Virus record (IMG/VR): IMGVR_UViG_2548876953_000015
Direction: 5' to 3' (one strand)
DNA length: 10,218 nt
Origin: a virus
Taxonomy: Duplodnaviria; Heunggongvirae; Uroviricota; Caudoviricetes
Positions 6,738-10,218 of this stretch are shown piece after piece. Position 1 is the first letter of the stretch, and every line of letters begins with the position of its first letter. A program made the translations under genes and the position numbers. A model generated the notes under the pieces. It was not told the DNA's origin. It saw nothing but the letters and a program-made list of their open reading frames with translations, and ran no database searches.

Positions 6738-7313
6738 ATGGATTTCGACACAATCATGGAAAAGGCTTACGAAGAATACTTCGAAGGCCTTGCCGAAGGC
6801 GAAGAAGCTCTCAGCTTCAGTGAGTTTAAACAGGCACTCAGAATAAGAATGTGCTCTCACAATGACGCGGAGCACAAATATGAGAAGCAAAATCAGACCG
6901 CAGAAAATTTTGTTCTGGAACCCGGAGAAACGCTTTTCAAAATTCCCGTTACGTGCCCCATTTGCGGTTTTACATCAGAAGAACTTGACGACTCCTGTAA
7001 CAATCAGGAAACAACCAAGTATGTCGAAGATGATACCGAGTGCGCACGAAGAACGATTATATCCACGAGTCCAAACTCCAGGGCCAATAAATCTCACTTT
7101 GAGAGGGTGATTAATCCACTCCCCCAAACCAATAAAAAAGATGCCGGAGGACAAAAAACCCAATGGAACAACGGGATATCTGTCAAAAAAAGACGTTCCA
7201 TTAAAGACAAACAACGCAGCGCCAACAACTGTAAGCGCTTTATACCAGTAATCAATTTTCATGTTCTTAAGCGGATTTATTGGTGGTTGCGACATTGCTT
7301 AATGAATCCTTAA
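6738..7313 (+). CDS. ydfB-position ORF, open for 191 codons in this window (acidic N-terminus, CPICGF motif); 3' extent uncertain
   Basis: Seen in sequence: ATG at 6738 lies 1 nt after the ydfA stop, with Shine-Dalgarno aggtga upstream (translational coupling). The frame stays open to 7313. The distal half is K/N/R-rich with rare codons (aga, agg, ata, cga) and may not all be coding. Confidence 0.45.
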   Translation: MDFDTIMEKAYEEYFEGLAEGEEALSFSEFKQALRIRMCSHNDAEHKYEKQNQTAENFVLEPGETLFKIPVTCPICGFTSEELDDSCNNQETTKYVEDDTECARRTIISTSPNSRANKSHFERVINPLPQTNKKDAGGQKTQWNNGISVKKRRSIKDKQRSANNCKRFIPVINFHVLKRIYWWLRHCLMNP

Positions 7314-7510
7314 AACTGTGGTGATTTTAAGGATACCACCTCGCCTGACGTGGTTAAAAGCAGGCACACAACACGAAAGCGCACGGCGAAGTTCGTCTCA
7401 CTGTACGGTGTCGTTAAATTTAATTCGACCGTGCGCTTCCGGTTGTGGCAACCCGCAAAATGGCGCGGCGGTAAGTATGGCGGGGTTATTCCTTCCCCGT
7501 TGAGGACACC

Positions 7511-7547
7511 GGGTTGTCAGGTTGACCATACGCTTAAGTGACAACCC
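7511..7547 (+). other. RNA stem-loop (9-bp stem gggttgtca / tgacaaccc, 19-nt loop) 26 nt upstream of DicF; candidate processing site of the DicF precursor
   Basis: Seen in sequence: perfect 9-bp inverted repeat. DicF is known to be cut from a longer operon transcript by RNase III and RNase E (established knowledge); assigning this hairpin to that step is inference. Confidence 0.4.
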
Positions 7548-7572
7548 CGCTGCAACGCCCTCTGTTATCAAT

Positions 7573-7630
7573 TTTCTGGTGACGTTTGGCGGTATCAGTT
7601 TTACTCCGTGACTGCTCTGCCGCCGTTTTT
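7573..7630 (+). ncRNA. dicF: DicF small RNA (Hfq-dependent, ftsZ-targeting)
   Basis: Seen in sequence: tttctggtgacgtttggcggtatcagttttactccgtgactgctctgccgccgttttt matches the DicF sequence as I remember it almost base for base. It ends in a hairpin plus U-tract and sits between the ydfB/C position and dicB as in Qin. The 5' end is approximate (+/- 2 nt). Confidence 0.8.
7588..7630 (+). terminator. Intrinsic terminator forming the DicF 3' end (ggcgg…ccgcc stem followed by TTTTT)
   Basis: Seen in sequence: GC stem arms at 7588..7592 and 7620..7624, U-tract at 7626..7630. Confidence 0.55.
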
Positions 7631-7799
7631 AAAGTGAATTTTGTTATGCGGTGAATGCGGCTAAGCGCACGCGGAACAGTTAAAACCAAAAACAGTGTTA
7701 TGGGTGGATTCTCTGTATCCGACGTTAATTGTTAACTGGTTAACGTCACCTGGAGGCACCAGGCACTGCATCACAAAATTTATTGTTGAGGACGCGATA

Positions 7800-7988
7800 A
7801 TGAAAACGTTATTACCAAACGTTAATACGTCTGAAGGTTGTTTTGAAATTGGTGTCACTATCAGTAACCCTGTATTTACTGAAGATGCCATTAACAAGAG
7901 AAAACAAGAACGGGAGCTATTAAATAAAATATGCATTGTTTCAATGCTGGCTCGTTTACGTCTGATGCCAAAAGGATGTGCACAATGA
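7800..7988 (+). CDS. dicB: Cell-division inhibitor DicB (62 aa)
   Basis: Seen in sequence: ATG at 7800 with Shine-Dalgarno gagga 8 nt upstream; translation MKTLLPNVNTSEGCFEIGVTISNPVFTEDAINKRKQERELLNKICIVSMLARLRLMPKGCAQ matches DicB as I recall it. The track ORF 7695..7988 is an unsupported N-terminal extension. Confidence 0.88.
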   Translation: MKTLLPNVNTSEGCFEIGVTISNPVFTEDAINKRKQERELLNKICIVSMLARLRLMPKGCAQ

Positions 7989-8176
7989 ATTCAGCATTTG
8001 CGCTTGTTCTGACAGTTTTTCTTGTTTCCGGAGTGCCAGTTGATATTGCAGTCAGTGTTCACAGGACAATGCAGGAGTGTATGACTGCAGCAACCGAACA
8101 GAAAATTCCCGGTAACTGTTACCCGGTCGATAAAGTTATTAACCAGGATAATATCGAAATCCCGGCAGGTCTTTAA
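7985..8176 (+). CDS. ydfD: YdfD-like small membrane lysis protein (63 aa)
   Basis: Seen in sequence: ATG at 7985 overlaps the dicB stop (ATGA). Translation MNSAFALVLTVFLVSGVPVDIAVSVHRTMQECMTAATEQKIPGNCYPVDKVINQDNIEIPAGL has an N-terminal hydrophobic helix and matches YdfD of Qin as I recall it. Confidence 0.85.
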   Translation: MNSAFALVLTVFLVSGVPVDIAVSVHRTMQECMTAATEQKIPGNCYPVDKVINQDNIEIPAGL

Positions 8177-8269
8177 AACAGTTCCGTAATAAATATCCGG
8201 TTTCATTCTTATATGCCAGCAATGGCAGGGATTTGTTCATCCTTAAATCTGTCATGAGGTTAAAACAAA

Positions 8270-10218
8270 ATGAGTAAAGTCTTTATTTGCGCCGCTATTC
8301 CTGACGAACTGGCAACAAGGGAAGAAGGCGCTGTGGCTGTAGCCACAGCCATTGAAGCTGGCGACGAACGCCGTGCTCGAGCAAAATTTCACTGGCAATT
8401 CCTGGAACATTATCCGGCTGCTCAGGACTGCGCTTATAAATTTATTGTCTGCGAGGATAAACCTGGCATACCCCGCCCTGCCCTCGATTCATGGGATGCT
8501 GAATATATGCAGGAAAACCGCTGGGATGAGGAGTCTGCTTCTTTTGTCCCGAATGAGACTGAATCCGATCCGATGAACGTCACTTTTGACAAGCTGGCCC
8601 CTGAAGTACAGAACGCTGTCATGGTTAAGTTCGACACATGTGAAAACATCACCGTTGATATGGTGATTAGCGCGCAGGAATTGTTGCAGGAAGACATGGC
8701 AACATTCGACGGACATATCGTTGAAGCGTTGATGAAAATGCCAGAAGTTAACGCCATGTATCCGGAGCTTAAGTTGCACGCCATTGGGTGGGTTAAGCAT
8801 AAATGTATTCCTGGTGCTAAATGGCCCGAAATTCAGGCAGAGATGCGCATCTGGAAAAAACGTCGCGAAGGTGAACGCAAGGAAACCGGAAAATACACGT
8901 CTGTTGTTGATCTCGCACGCGCCAGAGCCAATCAACCGTACACTGAAAATTCAACAGGAAAAATCAGCCCGGTCATTGCTGCCATTCATCGCGAATACAA
9001 GCAGACATGGAAAACACTGGATGACGAACTGGCCTACGCTCTCTGGCCTGGTGATGTGGATGCCGGAAACATTGACGGCAGCATCCATCGCTGGGCAAAA
9101 AATGAAGTTATCGACAACGACCGCGAAGACTGGAAGCGTATCTCGGCATCAATGCGCAAACAGCCTGATGCCCTTCGCTACGACCGCCAGACTATTTTTG
9201 GCCTTGTCCGTGAGCGTCCGATCGACATTCACAAAGATCCCGTAGCACTGAACAAATATATCTGCGAATACCTGACGACAAAGGGCGTGTTTGAGAATGA
9301 AGAAACAGACCTGGGCACTGTTGATGTTCTCCAGTCATCAGAAACACAAACTGATGCAGTGGAAACTGAGGTATCTGATATCCCAAAAAATGAAACCGCG
9401 CCGGAAGCTGAACCATCTGTAGAGCGTGAGGGGCCGTTCTATTTCCTCTTCGCAGATAAGGACGGAGAAAAATACGGTCGCGCAAACAAACTTTCTGGTC
9501 TGGATAAGGCACTGGCTGCTGGCGCCACTGAAATCACAAAAGAAGAATATTTTGCCCGAAAAAATGGCACATACACGGGCTTACCGCAAAATGTAGATAC
9601 CGCTGAAGATTCAGAACAACCAGAGCCGATAAAAGTTACCGCTGACGAAGTAAACAAAATTATGCAGGCAGCCAATATCAGCCAGCCTGACGCTGATAAG
9701 TTGCTTGCTGCATCACGTGGTGAATTTGTTGAAGGGATTAGTGACCCGAATGATCCGAAATGGGTTAAGGGGATCCAGACCCGCGATTCTGTGAACCAGA
9801 ACCAGCATGAATCGGAACGGAACTACCAAAAAGCGGAACAAAACAGTCCAAATGCGTTACAAAACGAGCCAGTAACGAAACAGCCTGAACCAGTAGCGCA
9901 ACAGGAAGTGGAAAAAGTCTGCACCGCCTGCGGTCAGACCGGCGGCGGCAACTGCCCTGATTGTGGCGCGGTGATGGGCGACGCAACATACCAGGAAACA
10001 TTCGATGAAGAGTATCAGGTTGAAGTTCAGGAAGATGATCCGGAGGAAATGCAAGGCGCTGAACATCCACACAAGGAGAACACTGGCGGCAATCAGCATC
10101 ACAATAGCGATAATGAAACTGGCGAGACGGCAGATCACCCAATTAAGGTGAACGGTCATCACGAAATCACATCCACCAGCAGGACGTGTGACCATCTAAT
10201 GATCGACCTTGAAACCAT
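8270..10218 (+). CDS. Large ydfE-position prophage protein, at least 649 aa, 3' end beyond the window
   Basis: Seen in sequence: ATG at 8270 with Shine-Dalgarno tgaggt 9 nt upstream, 94 bp after ydfD. I translated it line by line and found no stop through 10218; it is missing from the ORF track only because it has no stop in the window. It contains a CxxC-x7-CxxC knuckle (CTACGQTGGGNCPDC, nt 9920..9964) and an acidic, His-rich tail. Function unknown. Confidence 0.8.
   Translation, partial: MSKVFICAAIPDELATREEGAVAVATAIEAGDERRARAKFHWQFLEHYPAAQDCAYKFIVCEDKPGIPRPALDSWDAEYMQENRWDEESASFVPNETESDPMNVTFDKLAPEVQNAVMVKFDTCENITVDMVISAQELLQEDMATFDGHIVEALMKMPEVNAMYPELKLHAIGWVKHKCIPGAKWPEIQAEMRIWKKRREGERKETGKYTSVVDLARARANQPYTENSTGKISPVIAAIHREYKQTWKTLDDELAYALWPGDVDAGNIDGSIHRWAKNEVIDNDREDWKRISASMRKQPDALRYDRQTIFGLVRERPIDIHKDPVALNKYICEYLTTKGVFENEETDLGTVDVLQSSETQTDAVETEVSDIPKNETAPEAEPSVEREGPFYFLFADKDGEKYGRANKLSGLDKALAAGATEITKEEYFARKNGTYTGLPQNVDTAEDSEQPEPIKVTADEVNKIMQAANISQPDADKLLAASRGEFVEGISDPNDPKWVKGIQTRDSVNQNQHESERNYQKAEQNSPNALQNEPVTKQPEPVAQQEVEKVCTACGQTGGGNCPDCGAVMGDATYQETFDEEYQVEVQEDDPEEMQGAEHPHKENTGGNQHHNSDNETGETADHPIKVNGHHEITSTSRTCDHLMIDLET

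Noticed and set aside
6502-6890. Minus-strand ORFs 6502..6753 and 6684..6890 opposite ydfA and the ydfB-frame ORF
   Set aside because: Antisense to coupled + strand genes; no RBS.
6862-7110. + strand 82-aa ORF in a second frame overlapping the ydfB-frame ORF
   Set aside because: Basic, low-complexity translation with no RBS; it overlaps a longer, translationally coupled frame. It could correspond to a short ORF annotated in related prophages, but the sequence alone does not support it.
6975-7295. Minus-strand 106-aa ORF with three apparent transmembrane helices (MSQPPINPLKNMKIDYWYKALTVVGAALFVF…)
   Set aside because: It is antisense to a K/N/Q/R-rich stretch of the longer + frame. Antisense reading of A-rich codons gives F/L/V/I-rich pseudo-membrane ORFs. 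A 106-codon open frame is not unusual by chance in 10 kb, and it has no convincing RBS. Not fully excluded; see the finding at 6738..7313.
7318-7541. + strand ORFs 7318..7503 and 7350..7541 in the DicF precursor leader
   Set aside because: Arg-rich translations of a region with strong RNA secondary structure; more plausibly an untranslated, processed leader.
7661-8206. Minus-strand ORFs 7661..7936 and 7991..8206 opposite dicB and ydfD
   Set aside because: Antisense shadows of well-supported genes.
8352-10195. Multiple ORFs in other frames and on the minus strand across the ydfE-position gene (8352..8576 and 8784..9245 on +; 8434..8784, 8489..8935, 9192..9512, 9439..9675, 9765..10142, 9857..10195 on -)
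   Set aside because: All overlap one uninterrupted 649-codon + frame with a good RBS. The hydrophobic minus ORF 9857..10195 is the antisense image of the acidic C-terminal region.
1-10218. Looked for CRISPR arrays, tRNA or rRNA genes and integrase or att sites
   Set aside because: No regularly spaced direct repeats, no tRNA-like cloverleaf signatures and no rRNA-like sequence were seen. Prophage ends and the integrase must lie outside this window.

Overview
This window is the early region of a lambdoid, Qin/dic-type cryptic prophage from an E. coli-like enterobacterium. All family assignments are from reading the translations and from memory of E. coli K-12 prophage genes; no database search was run. 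Layout, left to right: (1) about 730 bp with no convincing ORF; (2) an orphan 595-aa gene on the + strand (733..2520) with a C-terminal R-N-x3-H (HEPN-like) signature, convergent with the prophage operon; (3) a leftward replication operon: dicC-like cro (5698..5925), a YdaT/CII-like gene, a replication-initiator gene split in frame by an IS903-type element (4046..5102) with perfect 9-bp target duplications, and a distal 133-aa gene; (4) the rightward dicA repressor gene and the division-inhibitor operon ydfA, a ydfB-position ORF, DicF sRNA, dicB, ydfD and a large ydfE-position ORF that is open to the window end. Three GTTAGA-N4-TCTAAC palindromes look like DicA operators. The most interesting candidate is the orphan 595-aa gene, which looks like defence or toxin cargo. 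No rRNA, tRNA or CRISPR array was seen.
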